64,000 nucleotides of DNA from the NCBI GenBank assembly GCA_964016885.1, contig OZ024750.1:39804001-39868000 (forward strand). The letters are read 5' to 3'. Positions 1-13,000 of the stretch are shown piece by piece. The translations under genes were made by a program, and so were the position numbers. Under the pieces are notes generated by a model that was given only the letters and a program-made list of their open reading frames with translations, did no database searches and had not been told where the DNA came from. The DNA comes from Eledone cirrhosa (taxonomy: Eukaryota). How positions within the stretch are numbered: position 1 is the first letter of the stretch; each line of letters opens with the position of its first letter.

Positions 1-740
1 TAGTGCGCCTATGACAATCGGGATGACCTTGATTTTGGCAGTTGCAAATCCTTTTTACCTCCCACTTTAAATCCTGGTATTGGTTAATTTTCTCCCTCTC
101 CTTTTCTTGCACTCTCGTGTCAAATGGGCAGGCTACATCTACAATCAGGCACAATCTTTTTTCCTTGTCCAAAACCACCAGGTCAGGCCTATTGTGTTCT
201 AACCTCTTGTCCGTCTGTATCCTAAAGTCCCATAGCACCTTCACCTGATCGTTTTCTATCACCGACTCTGGCTTATGCTCATACCACTTCTCAGAATGTG
301 GTAAATTGTTTACTTTGCATAGGTGCCAGTGGATCACCTGCCCATCACATCATGTCTCCAGCCTTTATAGTGAATCTGGGCTAGGTGTTTACACTCGGAT
401 ACAATGTGAGTCTCCTCTCTCTCTCCACAGATCCTACACAGTGGGCTAGCCTCCTCCTTGTCAATATGGTGTTTCACCCACTTCGCTCTGAGGGCTTGCT
501 CTTGCACAGCCATTAGCATTCCTTCTGTAGCTTTTTTAAGGTCTCCTCTTTTTAACCAGTTCCATGTCTGTGGATCTCTAAATTCCATTTTCTTAAAGAA
601 GGTAGACCAATATCCTTCCAGGTTTTATGCATTTGTTTCCTGTAGACTTTCTTAGATGGGTCACTTTTCAGACGATATTTCAATACAGTTTTATTCCTTC
701 ATCCAGTTGGTTGTTGCCTCATACATACCTTCTCCTTCAC
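1..740 (-). mobile_element. Decayed fragment of an RLE-type (R4/Dong/NeSL-like) non-LTR retrotransposon, zinc knuckle and endonuclease region
   Basis: Minus strand reads QEQAL..SPLCRICGEREETHIVSEC..RHD (CCHC knuckle), then in another frame HNRPDLVVLDKEKRLCLIVDVACPFD (RLE PD-D motif); frameshifted. Confidence 0.85.
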
Positions 741-954
741 CAGTAATACACTGGGGTAGTTTCTGACCTTGTGCTAAAAGTAGAAACAATTATTATTATT
801 ACTTGTAGCACTTGTTCTGGCAGATGTTATACCGACACTTTGGGTCGTTCCTTATTGTTGTTGTTGTTGTTTTACCTTTGCTTTTGTTTTTATGAGCTGC
901 CACCCTGTCTCTCACCTAGAAACTTCAAGAGACAGTAAGCTCATCAGTGTTAGG

Positions 955-1380
955 TGATATACCAATATATACCAGTATACCAATATATTCCAGTGTATAC
1001 CAATATATTCCAATATATACCAGTATACCAATATATTCCAGTATATACCAATATATTCCAACATATACCAGTATACCAATATATTCCAGTATATACCAAT
1101 ATATTCCAACATATACCAGTATACCAATATATTCCAGTATATACCAATATATTCCAACATATACCAGTATACCAATATATTTCAACATATACCAATATAT
1201 TTCAATATATACCAGTATACCAATATAACCCAGTGTATGCCAATATATACCACTACATGCCAACGTATACCAGCATATACTGACATATACCAATATATAC
1301 CAGTATACCAATATAGTCCAACATATACCAGTATATACCAATATAGTCCAACGTATACCAGTATATACCAATATATACCA
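955..1380. repeat. Low-complexity minisatellite (ATACCAGT/ATACCAAT units)
   Basis: Visible tandem units; source of several spurious ORFs. Confidence 0.9.
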
Positions 1381-1885
1381 TGTGTTTGTAAGATTAGTAA
1401 AATAATCCAGAAGTCTCAGTTTACAACCTCTGTAAGGATATGCTTCAATGTGTGTGTATTTTGTGTATGTATATGTGTATATGTTTGTGTGTGTGTATGT
1501 ATATGTGTGTGTGTGTGTATATGTGTGTATGTATATGTTTCAGTGTATGTATATATTTGTGTGTATATGTGTGCATGTGTATATATATGTTTGTGTGTGT
1601 ATGTATTTATGTTTGTGTGTGTATGTATGTGTGTATATATATATATGTTTTTTTGTGTGTGTGTATATGTGTGTATATGTATATGTGTGTATATGTTTGT
1701 GTGTATATGTTTGTATATGTTTCAGTGTATGTATATTTATATTTAAAATTGTACCGAAATGGAGAGAAAGTTGCCCAAAATGTGTGAAGTACTCATGGGA
1801 ATGATTTGTTGCAATTCTCTGATTTTAGGACAGCCAAGAATTGGTCCCATTTGGATATCATTCCGAGTGTCCCAAGAACTACAGA

Positions 1886-2968
1886 CAGAGGCATAACTTG
1901 GGAAAATAGCCCCTATGGCAAGCAGTGAAATTGTGACCCCTGTCCAGAGGCATAGCTTGGGAAAATAGCCCCTATGGCAAGCAGTGAAATTGTGACCCCT
2001 GTCCAGAGGCATAGCCCCTATGGCAAGCAGTGAAATTGTGACCCCTGTCCAGAGGCATAACTTGGGAAAATAGCCCCTATGGCAAGCAGTGAAATTGTGA
2101 CCCCTGTCCAGAGGCATAGCTTGGGAAAATAGCCCCTATGGCAAGCAGTGAAATTGTGACCCCTGTCCAGAGGCATAGCCCCTATGGCAAGCAGTGAAAT
2201 TGTGACCCCTGTCCAGAGGCATAGCCCCTATGGCAAGCAGTGAAATTGTGACCCCTGTCCAGAGGCATAACTTGGGAAAATAGCCCCTATGGCAAGCAGT
2301 GAAATTGTGACCCCTGTCCAGAGGCATAACTTGGGAAAATAGCCCCTATGGCAAGCAGTGAAATTGTGACCCCTGCCCAGAGGCATAACTAGGGAAAATA
2401 GCCCCTATGGCAAGCAGTGAAATTGTGACCCCTGCCCAGAGGCATAACTAGGGAAAATAGCCCCTATGGCAAGCAGTGAAATTGTGACCCCTGCCCAGAG
2501 GCATAACTAGGGAAAATAGCCCCTATGACAAGCAGTGAAATTGTGACCCCTGCCCAAGGTATAACTAGGGAAAATAGCCCCTATGGCAAGCAGTGAAATT
2601 GTGACCCCTGCCCAGAGGCATAACTAGGGAAAATAGCCCCTATGGCAAGCAGTGAAATTGTGACCCCTGCCCAAGGTATAACTAGGGAAAATAGCCCCTA
2701 TGGCAAGCAGTGAAATTCCACCCCTGCCCAGCACTGTATTTTTACCTCTGGAGGTCTAATAATTTATATAAATGGTTTAATGATCCAGCCACCATAGTGT
2801 TCTCACCCATGACAGAGACAGATCATACATCTGAAGGAGTTTCTTTTTTTTCCCTCTCTGACAAGGTTTATTTGACTTTAATAGAACCTGCTCCTAGTCC
2901 AAGTGGCGCCCCCTTCATGTGGCACCCATGGCACGTGCCATGCTTGCCATATCCTAGTTACACCTCTG
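1886..2968 (+). mobile_element. hAT-like MITE whose left 59 bp is amplified into a tandem array (1886-2730)
   Basis: Left end CAGAGGCATAACT(T/A)GG matches the reverse complement of right end CCTAGTTACACCTCTG; 8-bp flanks ACTACAGA/ATTACAGG resemble a decayed TSD. Confidence 0.7.
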
Positions 2969-3689
2969 ATTACAGGTAATATAATTGTTTTGAGATGCCA
3001 AATTCTGCTGATTTCTATTTCAAGGTCCTTCCTTGTATTTACTGAATTTACAAAATGTTTTTAGAGAGGTGATATTATCAGCTGTGACTGTGACACCTAT
3101 AAGATAAGTGTTTCTCTAACAATATCTGGTCAGTTGTCTTGTATTTCCTCGTCTGTTTCATGACATTCTTGACGATTGAGACTTTATTTTGAGTGTCTTG
3201 CAGAGGCTTGCATTTCCATGTGCAGCATGTCACCCAATGTATGTACCTAGCTGTTCTATCATACCATTACAAGGACTTAGTCAGTACCAATCACAGTCAG
3301 AGATGTCACAGTTACTTATAACTGGCCTCTAGTGATACTACTAACTCCCTCTTAGTCACCTAGTTACTTATAACTGGCCTCTGGTGATACTACTAACTCC
3401 CTCTTAGTCACCTAGTTACTTATAACTGGCCTCTGGTGATAATTCTTTTATTGTGATATCTTTATATAATATTGTTTGTGGCTGATAATTTCCCTTTGAC
3501 ATTTGTAGCCGTGACATATTTATCGAGGCTAAATTCTATTCAATATTGTTTTACAGTCTCGAGTCACTGAAGTTGCTGATTGAATATTGATTTATATATA
3601 GACCTACATTCCTTTCTTGTGAGCTGCTGCTGTGGGCCCCATATGTTCTCTACTGAAGGGTCCACAGTTGCTTTAATCTGGCCCTGATG

Positions 3690-3990
3690 ATATAATAATA
3701 ATAATGAAATTATTGTGTACAGTGCTCAGGTGCACTACAACTAATCAAAGGTGCATGTATAGTACATAGAATAATGTACAAATGTCAGGAAAATGAACAG
3801 TGTATGAGTCATGATATAATAATAATAATAATAATAATAATGAAATATTGTGTACAGTGCCCAGGTGCACCACAACTCATCAAAAAGTGCATGTACAGTA
3901 CATAGGGCAATGCACAAACATCAGTAAAATGAACAGTGCACGAGTCATGATACACACATGTGTGCATGTGTATGGAAGGGGTACATCACA
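3690..3990 (-). mobile_element. 3' UTR fragment of the CR1-like LINE seen at 44359-45724
   Basis: Near-identical to 44359-44640, with (ATT)n tail. Confidence 0.85.
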
Positions 3991-4365
3991 AAGTTTGAGA
4001 ACCTTTGATGTAAAATAATTATATCTATGAAAACTGTCCTCCGTCGTTACCTGGCTATTTAACACCATAGACTGGCTTAAGAATAAGTGCCTCCTTCAAA
4101 CTTGTAGTTTGGAAAGCTAATGAACTTAATTTCTTATATTTCTTGCTCTCGACACACTAAGAAAATTACCAAGCCTGCATTTTCCCCTTCACAGTTCACA
4201 TTCACCCATACTAAATCATGTAACATATAACCCCATACAACCCTCTTCACAACTTTGGATATTTCCGCAACGCTGCTACACAGAAAACATGTTTAGTCAT
4301 ATATTAACTCATCACAGGAATTATACAAATGTGTTTAAAAGTTTGATTCTTTGAGGTTCAGTAAT

Positions 4366-4875
4366 GCACCTCACTGAGGTCTGTGCTCTAGATGGTAGCA
4401 CCTCACTGAGGTCTGTGCCCTAGATGGTAGCACCTCACTGAGGTCTGTGCCCTAGATGGTAGCACCTCACAGGTCTGTGCCCTAGATGGTAGCACCTCAC
4501 TGAGTTCTGTGCCCTAGATGGTAGCACCTCACTGAGGTCTGTGCCCTAGATGGTAGCACCTCACTGAGGTCTGTGCCCTAGTTGGTAGCACCTCACTGAG
4601 GTCTGTGCCCTAGATGGTAGCACCTCACTGAGGTCTGTACTCTAGGTGGTAGCACCTCACTGAGGTCTGTGCCCTAGATGGTAGCATCTCACTGAGGTCT
4701 GTGTCCTAGCTGGTAGCACCTCACTGAGGTCTGTGCTCTAGGTGGTAGCACCTCACTGAGGTCTGTGCCCTAGGTGGTAGCACCTCACTGAGGTCTGTGC
4801 CCTAGTTGGTAGCACCTCACTGAGGTCTGTGCCCTAGATGGTAGCACCTCACTGAGGTCTGTGCTCTAGGTGGTT
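4366..4875. repeat. 32-bp minisatellite GCACCTCACTGAGGTCTGTGCCCTAGATGGTA, ~16 copies
   Basis: Direct tandem units, each with the palindrome ACCTCA-C-TGAGGT. Confidence 0.95.
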
Positions 4876-4989
4876 GTTCAGTTGCGCCGACTTTGAGAAC
4901 CTTTTCTCTAAATGGTAACACATGTGCCCTAGTTGGTATAAATGGTAGTACCAATCCTCATTGCTTTACAATCTCTACGAAGTCAGTGG

Positions 4990-6940
4990 TAAATATTTAA
5001 AGATTGCGATACAATCCAAGGGAAGTAACTCTGCATAATTTATAGAAATCTGTCAGGACGTCGATTGTTACGGTTGATACGATCAACTGAACAGCCTGTT
5101 CGTGAAATTAACATGCAAGTGGCTGAGCATTCTACAGAGACGTGTACCTTTAACGTAGTTCTCAGGGAGATTCAGCCTAACACAGACTAGGACAAGGATG
5201 ACTCTTCGCTTCGAATTTACAGAAACAACTCATTTTTGTCAGCTGAGTGGATTGGAGCAACGTGAAACAGCAGTTGTCGCCAACTGGTGGTCCGAGAGAA
5301 ACAGAGCAGAGGTCGCCAACTGGTGGTCCGAGAGAAACAGAGCAGCGGTCGACGGACCACTGGTGGTCCGAGAGACACAGAGCAGCAGTCGACGGACCAC
5401 TGGTGGTCCGAGAGAAACAGAGCAGAGGTCGCCAACTGGTGGTCCGAGAGAAACAGAGCAGCGGTCGCCAACTGGTGGTCCGAGAGAAACAGAGCAGAGG
5501 TCGACGGACCACTGGTGGTCCGAGAGAAACAGCAGCGGTCGCCAACTGGTGGTCCGAGAGAAACAGAGCAGAGGTCGATGGACCACTGGTGGTCCGAGAG
5601 AAACAGAGCAGCGGTCGCCAACTGGTGGTCCGAGAGAAACAGAGCAGAGGTCGATGGACCACTGGTGGTCCGAGAGAAACAGAGCAGAGGTCGCCAACTG
5701 GTGGTCCGAGAGAAACAGAGCAGCGGTCGCCAACTGGTGGTCCGAGAGAAACAGAGCAGCTTCGACGGACCACTGGTGGTCCGAGAGAAACAGAGCAGCA
5801 GTCGACGGACCACTGGTGGTCCGAGAGAAACAGAGCAGCGGTCGCCAACTGGTGGTCCGAGAGAAACAGAGCAGAGGTCGACGGACCACTGGTGGTCCGA
5901 GAGAAACAGAGCAGCGGTCGCCAACTGGTGGTCCGAGAGAAACAGAGCAGCGGTCGCCAACTGGTGGTCCGAGAGAAACAGAGCAGAGGTCGACGGACCA
6001 CTGGTGGTCCAAGAGAAACAGCAGCGGTCGCCAACTGGTGGTCCGAGAGAAACAGAGCAGAGGTCGACGGACCACTGGTGGTCCGAGAGAAACAGAGCAG
6101 CGGTCGCCAACTGGTGGTCCGAGAGAAACAGAGCAGAGGTCGCCAACTGGTGGTCCGAGAGAAACAGAGCAGAGGTCGCCAACTGGTGGTCCGAGAGAAA
6201 CAGAACAGAGGTCGATGGACCACTGGTGGTCCGAGAGAAACAGAGCAGCGGTCGCCAACTGGTGGTCCGAGAGAAACAGAGCAGAGGTCGACGAACCACT
6301 GGTGGTCCGAGAGAAACAGAGCAGCGGTCACCAACTGGTGGTCCGAGAGAAACAGAGCAGAGGTCGATGGACCACTGGTGGTCCGAGAGAAACAGAGCAG
6401 AGGTCGCCAACTGGTGGTCCGAGAGAAACAGAGCAGAGGTCGATGGACCACTGGTGGTCCGAGAGAAACAGAACAGCGGTCACCAACTGGTGGTCCGAGA
6501 GAAACAGAGCAGAGGTCGACGGACCACTGGTGGTCCGAGAGAAACAGAGCAGTGGTCCGCAGAAAAATTTGGACATTATTTGCAATTTTTATGTTTTATC
6601 AATAATAAAGCAAAAATAATATTCGGGTAAAATATATTTTATAACACCCCTAAAACATGTTTCTCGTCAGTAAAGAACTAACATCCCTGAAAGAATTTTA
6701 CACATATGTATCACCTATTGACAATATGACACGGGTACACTCCAGTATTGTTTCGACCATTGGTCGTTAATTCATATTAGTGGTCTGTGGGATTTAATAT
6801 TATGAATTTAGTGGTCCGTGAGGTCAGAAAGGTTGGCAATAGCTGAAATAGAGTGTCTTGTTCAAGGACATAACGCGCCACCGGAAATAGAACTCACGAT
6901 CGTGGGCCGAATACCCTAACCACTCAGCCACGCGCGTTCA
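4990..6940 (-). mobile_element. tRNA-derived SINE split by a MITE insertion (body 4990-5270, head 6846-6940)
   Basis: Body is homologous to 12655-13000; head on the minus strand has A-box-like TGGCTGAGTGG; sequence continues across the insertion (CAACGTGAAA..GAGTGTCTTG). Confidence 0.75.
5271..6845 (+). mobile_element. hAT-like MITE with its left end amplified as a ~36/42-bp tandem array (5271-6560)
   Basis: Left TIR CAG(TT/CG)GTCGCCAAC matches the reverse complement of right end GTTGGCAATAGCTG; AAA(C/T)AGAG precedes the array TIRs and follows the right TIR. Confidence 0.7.
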
Positions 6941-6959
6941 CATATACACATTTAGATAG

Positions 6960-7110
6960 AATGGTAGAGTGGTTAGAACGTCAGATAGAATGATTTGTGG
7001 TATTTGTTCTGTCTCTCTACTCTGAGTTCAAGTCCCAACAAGGTTAACTTTGTCTTTCATCCTTTCACGACCGATAAAAAAAGGTACCAGTCTAGTACTG
7101 GGGTCGATTC
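6960..7110 (+). mobile_element. Diverged tRNA-derived SINE with Nin/Deu-like core
   Basis: A box TGGTAGAGTGG, B box GAGTTCAAGTC, core CTTTCATCCTTT..CGATAAAA..GTACCAG. Confidence 0.7.
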
Positions 7111-7469
7111 TTCTTCTATATCTCTTTCTCATTTCCATTCTCTCATTTTCTGTCCTTCTCTGGAAGAAATCTGCTGTATTCAGGCCTGGGGAGGAGATGG
7201 GCTCCACCAGGTTTAAAAGATGCCGTATGTCAACATGGCGCCCCTACAACTCCCTCACAAGTTACTGGATCTTACATGAAATGTGTTAACACAACATATT
7301 GAATTTGAAAGAATAAAAACGGGAAAACCTAATTCCCCCCCCCCCTTTTTTTTTTTTACTTGGCCCAATAAATATTTTGAACAAAGGGTATACTCGATTG
7401 GATCGACACCAAAATCTTACACACACACACACACACACAGTTGTATACTTGTATAATCACACACACACA

Positions 7470-9660
7470 GATGAACAAGCTGCTGGAAAGAAAGGGGTTT
7501 GGGGATGTGCTGAACAACTCCTAATCAACAAAACTGCGATGCCGGAGGTGCGACAACTTAGGAGGAATATGACTACAGTCTGGCTGGACTACAGGAAAGC
7601 TTTCGATTCTGTTCCCCATTCTTGGATGATAGAGGCTCTCCAACTTGCTAAAGTCCCAGACATTATTGTCAGAGCCATAGAGAAGCTGTCTTCTTCTTGG
7701 GCTACTATCCTAAGGTTAAAGACAGAGGGGGGGGGGGGGGCTTGAATTTCACTGATAAAATAAAATATTGCAGGGGTATATTTTAGGGGGACAGTCTCTC
7801 TGTGATATTATTCATCTTGTCATTAAATCCCTTGTCCTTTCTGCTCAAGAAATGGCTCACAGGAGGACAGAAATACAAACCTAACCCATAACTTCTTTGT
7901 GGACGATCTGAAACTCTATGCCAAGAACATGGATGGGATGAAGAAAAATCTTGACCTTGTTACAACGTTCTCAAAGGATATAGGAATGGAGTTTGGTCAA
8001 GATAAATGCTCATACATGACTGTAAAGCGGAGAAAAACAACAACCCAATCTAGCAACATTGTCATCAATGGTCTAACTGTTTCACCGATATCTGATGAGG
8101 ACTGCTACAGATACCTGGGGATAGATGAGAACATATCCTATAATGGTATCTGTAATAAAGAACGCGTAACCAGGGAATACTACACCCGATTAAGAAAGAT
8201 GATGGTCATCGGAACTCTCTGCGCAAAACAAAACAGTGGCTCACAATGTGTTTGCTGAGCCTGTCCTAACACCAACGTTTGGAATACTCAATTGGACGAT
8301 AGACGAAATCTGAGCAGTTGATGTTGGAACTCTAAAAATACTGAACAACACCGGAAACTTTCACATCAACAGTGACATAGACCGCCTTTACTTGAAACGT
8401 AGGCAGGGAGGCAGAGGCCTAACATCAGTCCAGACAACATTTGAATGTCGCATCATATCTCTCCGACAACATCTACGAACCTCGAGCAAGTCTATCTGCA
8501 TGAAACAGATAAGATCATGAGAGATGGGAAGGAACTCCTTGAGAGATATTCCCTGTGTGATAATCAAAAACTCACACCCAGGGATGTCGCTCAGCAGTAT
8601 CGCAGTGAATCCATAGATGAAAAACTGCATGCCTATCAGCAAAAAATCATGCATGGATATGTTGCCAGGAAGCTCCAGAGTGAGAGTAATATAGATAAGG
8701 AAAGTAGTCTATCTTGGACCAACAACCGCTATATTGGTTCCCACTTTGAAGGATATGCTTTTGCAATCCAAGAACAGGAAATTAACACGAAATACCTGAT
8801 TCACAAAAGAGATAGGGATGCAGGTAAAACACCTAGATGGTATAACAAGTGCAGACTCTGCAGAACTAACATCGAGGATATCGCCCATGTCATCAGTAGC
8901 TGTCCAAAGATGTCATTGCCGTACTATCCACCTATGAGGCATGATGTAGTGACCAAAACACTGTACAATGCAGTTCGTAAAAAAAATAGCCCCAATAATA
9001 AACATTAAAAGCTACAACAATGTGGAAGATATCCATGTACATAATATGAAAGAGTACTGGTGGAATGTTCCAGTAAAAACCCCAATAAAATGCAGGCATA
9101 ACAGACCAGATATTATGATATGGGACAGGGAAAAGAAAACATGCACAGTAGTGGAAATTAGCTGCCCAGCAGATGCCAATATAATATCAAAGATTAGTGA
9201 AAAGGAGAATATTTATGCAGAACTGATGAGAAATCTGCAGATACTCCACCCTGATTACACCTTCAAATGTATGCCTGTAATTATTGGGGCACTGGGATAT
9301 GTTAGTAACTGCCTCAATACAAATCTTGAGAAGCTAGGCTTCACAGAAACAGAAAGAACACAACTAGTTAGGAAATTACAAGTACAATCCATTAATGGAA
9401 CAGTAAAAATATGTAAAACATTCCAAAAATTTTGCATCTAATAACTGCATATACACATGTACAGATACAAAGCATATACACATGCACAGATACAACTCAA
9501 AACATACACATCCACACATACAATAACATCCATATCTACACATGCATGCATACATACATATCTACCTGGTTGATGTTGTGTAAATTTCAATGAGAGAGTC
9601 TTGTCTGTTAGAAACCGACTCTCTATTGGTAAAACTTTGTGAAATTATAAAACCAGAAGA
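7470..9660 (+). mobile_element. 5'-truncated, frameshifted R4/Dong-like RLE non-LTR retrotransposon
   Basis: RT motifs WLDYRKAFDSVPH and FFVDDLKLY, CCHC CRLC..HVISSC, RHD, RLE HNRPDIMIWD..VEISCP; ORF pieces 7377-9441; ends in TACA-type repeat. Confidence 0.92.
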
Positions 9661-9699
9661 ACATACATGCATGCTTACGTGCGTACATACATACGTACA

Positions 9700-10203
9700 T
9701 GGTGGCTGCCAACTCGTTTTCGAGTACGGCCACTACTTTATATCCATGTAGGAGAACCCCTACCGATGCGCTGAACAAGTGTAACTTTTTAGTCCAGCCA
9801 GCGACTTGAAAACTCTGGTACAAACACTACACTTGTGACAATTATTAACACATAGTGCTGGGCCCATGGTACCATGTGACGACAAGTGCAGAGAGATCTC
9901 CAGATATAAAGCAATGCCTGTGCCGTGAAGCTTTTATAGTGAGCAAAGGCACTGCACAAAGCCAGTCCCACTCTCTTAACCAAGATGATATTTACCAAAA
10001 AGAAGAACAAGTCAACATCATTGGATACCATCAGAGTTGCAGGTGTTATATCAGAGTTTTCCTTCTCCTAGAATTCTGCCTTGACAAAGGCTAAGGGGTC
10101 ATCTCTCCCGGTGATTTTGGATGGCCATTGACTCTTAAGAGCTCCTTTTCCATTTGACAGGTTTTGTTTTTAGTCCTGCAGGATGTCCAAAGTCACCCTC
10201 CTC
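9700..10203 (-). mobile_element. Non-autonomous RTE-derived element (copy 1)
   Basis: Homologous to 29415-29720, 38292-38855, 46452-47060 and 48922-49515; 3' hairpin followed by an (ATGT)n tail. Confidence 0.75.
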
Positions 10204-10254
10204 CTATATATATATATATAATATATATATATATAATATATATATATATAATAT

Positions 10255-10286
<32 letters not shown>

Positions 10287-10291
10287 ATATA

Positions 10292-10320
<29 letters not shown>

Positions 10321-10322
<2 letters not shown>

Positions 10323-10785
10323 GGGAAAGTGTAGCTGCTGATCGTAATAAATGGAGAAAGACTGTATATGAGGGGAAAGTTGCCTTTGAGGCATCTCGAA
10401 TCGCATACGAGAAAGTAAAGCGAGATGTGAGGAAGGGCATTGCTTTTGCACTTCCAGACGGCGAGGGTCCTCCTATGGTGCTAACATGCAGCGTCTGTGT
10501 GAGACTCTGCCTAAGCAAAGCTGGACTCGAAAGTCATCTTCGCAGTCATAAAGTGAGACCAGTGGTTGACTACCAGGCTGCTGTTGGAGATGCTACTCAT
10601 CATGCCTGCCAAGCATGCGTGGTAGAGAATGTAGATCAGCAGGAGGGCTCAAACGACATGCAAAAGTACACGAACTCCAACCACATCCGGCAATTCCCAG
10701 TGAATGTTTTGGTTACCAACTCTGTGCAAGACATTTTAGATCATTGGCTGGGCTAAAAAGCCACATTCGATCGCAGCACTGTTAA

Positions 10786-10824
<39 letters not shown>

Positions 10825-10870
10825 CGTGCAATGGCCATACTCGATAACGAGGGGGCATTCATCGTCATAT
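10321..10870 (+). mobile_element. 3' end of an RTE-clade LINE with C2H2 zinc fingers
   Basis: WESVAADRNKWR, CSVCVRLCLSKAGLESHLRSH and two further frameshifted fingers (CQLCARHFRSLAGLKSHIRSQH); 3' hairpin GGCCATACTCGATAACGAGGGGGC. Confidence 0.8.
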
Positions 10871-11389
10871 ATAATAGCACAGGCGTTCCCTTCATAACTG
10901 AAACTGTAAATAATGTCGCGTTTAAAGCTCTCGTTCCAAAGCACGTTAGGAAGACCGTTAAAACACGGGAGCAGAGATGGTTTATTGATAATTTAAAAAA
11001 TTTAGTTGTTTTGTTCAGTCATTTAAAATAATTCTCGACCGTAGAGAGATTTGTGGATTATTTGCCAGGGTGACTGACCTAACGACATTACAATTGTTAT
11101 TCTTCTGAACGTATTTCGAGCAATTTATGTTATTTACACATTTATAATGTTTTTTATGTATATATTGAAAATAATAATATAATTTTATTAAGGCATTCTG
11201 AAAGAACTATATGTATAGTCAACCCTCCTCGGTGAGATTTGAATTAAGAAAGGAAACAGTCAACAGTTTATCTGGTCTCATTCTTTACTCGATTAGAGAT
11301 ATGTTGTCTAAATATTGACATTACTATTTACAGATATCTCATTGTATTTAATGTAAAATATGTTTATTAATTTGGCGACATCTGACTTT

Positions 11390-11650
11390 GAGAGAGATAT
11401 ATGGCGGCCTCCCACGCATATCCGTCGTTGTACGTAAGAGGAGAGTAAGATTTGCTGGCCACTGCCATCCTGCCACCTATGAGGCAAGCGGTCACTAATA
11501 ACAGGGGACGCAAGCTCTCCTATCCCAATTTCATCTCCAGAGATTCTGGTATTGAAATCTAGGTCTTGGCAAGGGCAATGAACGACAGACCCACGTGGAG
11601 ATCAATTGTTGAGTCTATTTCAGCTGAGGCCGCCGAGTGATGATGATGAC
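11390..11650 (+). mobile_element. Decayed RTE/RTE-X LINE 3' end with (TGA)n tail
   Basis: YGGLPRISVVVRKRRVRFAGHC...AMNDRPTWRSIV followed by TGATGATGATGA. Confidence 0.7.
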
Positions 11651-11859
11651 ATGATAAATGTGGCAAGTATTTGAAGCAATAGAAAATACAATAACAATAA
11701 ACTGATCAGTCACTGTTTCATTCAATCACCTCCTGCTCCAATACAAGATAAACCGTAATCTACATAAAATCAAAACATTACAGACAACCGTCTAAACAAA
11801 TCGAAAAATATGTGGAATTGAAAAGAAATAACCAACGTAAGCTCCGAGACAGATAGGAT

Positions 11860-12340
11860 AACTCTTCCCATTCGAGGGAGGTAAATCCAAAATTTGGGAC
11901 CACATGTACTGCGACTCGTTCTCTGGCTACAGCCTTGTCCCTTCGGCCACAAATCTGAGCACCGTCACCCGCAATGTAGAGATGAAGAGGACCAAATACT
12001 GGGACCTTGACCAAACGCTTCTTTTTCAAGCCGGTCCTTGTCGAGACCTTTGGCGTCCTAAGTCCCGGAACTACTGTTTTCCTCCGTAAAATCGGCAAAA
12101 CTTCAGCCGACCTGAGAAAGGAGCCTCGTGGGGTGGAGGTGGCTGATACAGTGGGAGTCGCCGGCCATTCTCTACGGCGACACCTTCAACACCTGAAACA
12201 TACCGCTCAAATTTGGGTGTAGTCTGTAGTTATCTCCCCCTTTCTCGTTCTTTCGTTGCTTAATTTCTTTTTCTTCTTTTCCTTCCCTGTCATTTATATT
12301 GTACAGTTTTTATATTTCTCTTTGGTTTAATAAACTTTAT
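11860..12340 (+). mobile_element. Decayed CRE-like LINE 3' fragment (RLE domain)
   Basis: PFEGGKSKIWD and FFFKPVLVETFGVLSP resemble the C-terminus of the CRE-like element at 22392. Confidence 0.6.
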
Positions 12341-12654
12341 TTAAGTCATTAACTATAAAAACACAATTACGTTACAAGGGAGATAATGCACACTAAATAT
12401 GGAGTCAAGAATTGAGAAGGGGTGGGGGCTTCGTAATAAAGAATAAATCGGAATAAAGGGAAGAATTTGAATAAAACTAGAGAAAAGTAAAGAAAATAAC
12501 GAAAAAGGGAAATAAACAACAACAAAAACTGAAGAAAATAGAGTAAAGAGCCGAGAGATGTAGTTTCATAGTTGAGGTATGAAAGGTTGAACAAATATCA
12601 GAACAATTGAGCTGCTACTCCGAGTTCCAGGTCGAGCAACAGGTCTGCTCCTGG

Positions 12655-13000
12655 AAGTAAATATTTACAGATTGCTATAGAATCCAAGGGAAGTAACTCT
12701 GCATAATTTATAGAAATCTGTTAGGACGATCTGTGTTCCTGTCCATACGATCAGCTGAACAACCTGCTCGTGAAATTAACTTGCAAGTGACTGAGCATTC
12801 TACAGAGACGTGTACTATTAACGTAGTTCTCAGGGAGATTCAATGTGACACAGAATGTGACAATGCTGACCCTTCGAATTACAGGTACAACTCATTTTTA
12901 CCAGCTGGGTGGACTGGAGCAACGCGCCGCCGGGAATCGAGCTCACTCACAACTTGACGGTCTTGGGCCGAATACTCTAACCACAAAGCCATGTGCCCCC
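12655..13000 (-). mobile_element. tRNA-derived SINE
   Basis: Same family as 4990-5270; tRNA-like head with TGGCTTTGTGG on the minus strand. Confidence 0.75.

Noticed and set aside
3684-3720. CTGATGA...GAAA hammerhead-like string
   Set aside because: Chance junction with an (ATA)n LINE tail; no stems I-III
5177-6630. Six overlapping 340-470 aa ORFs
   Set aside because: Translations of a stop-free tandem repeat
6650-6676. Minus-strand CTGACGA-GAAA-CATG-TT
   Set aside because: No stem II and no stem I pairing; lies inside a MITE
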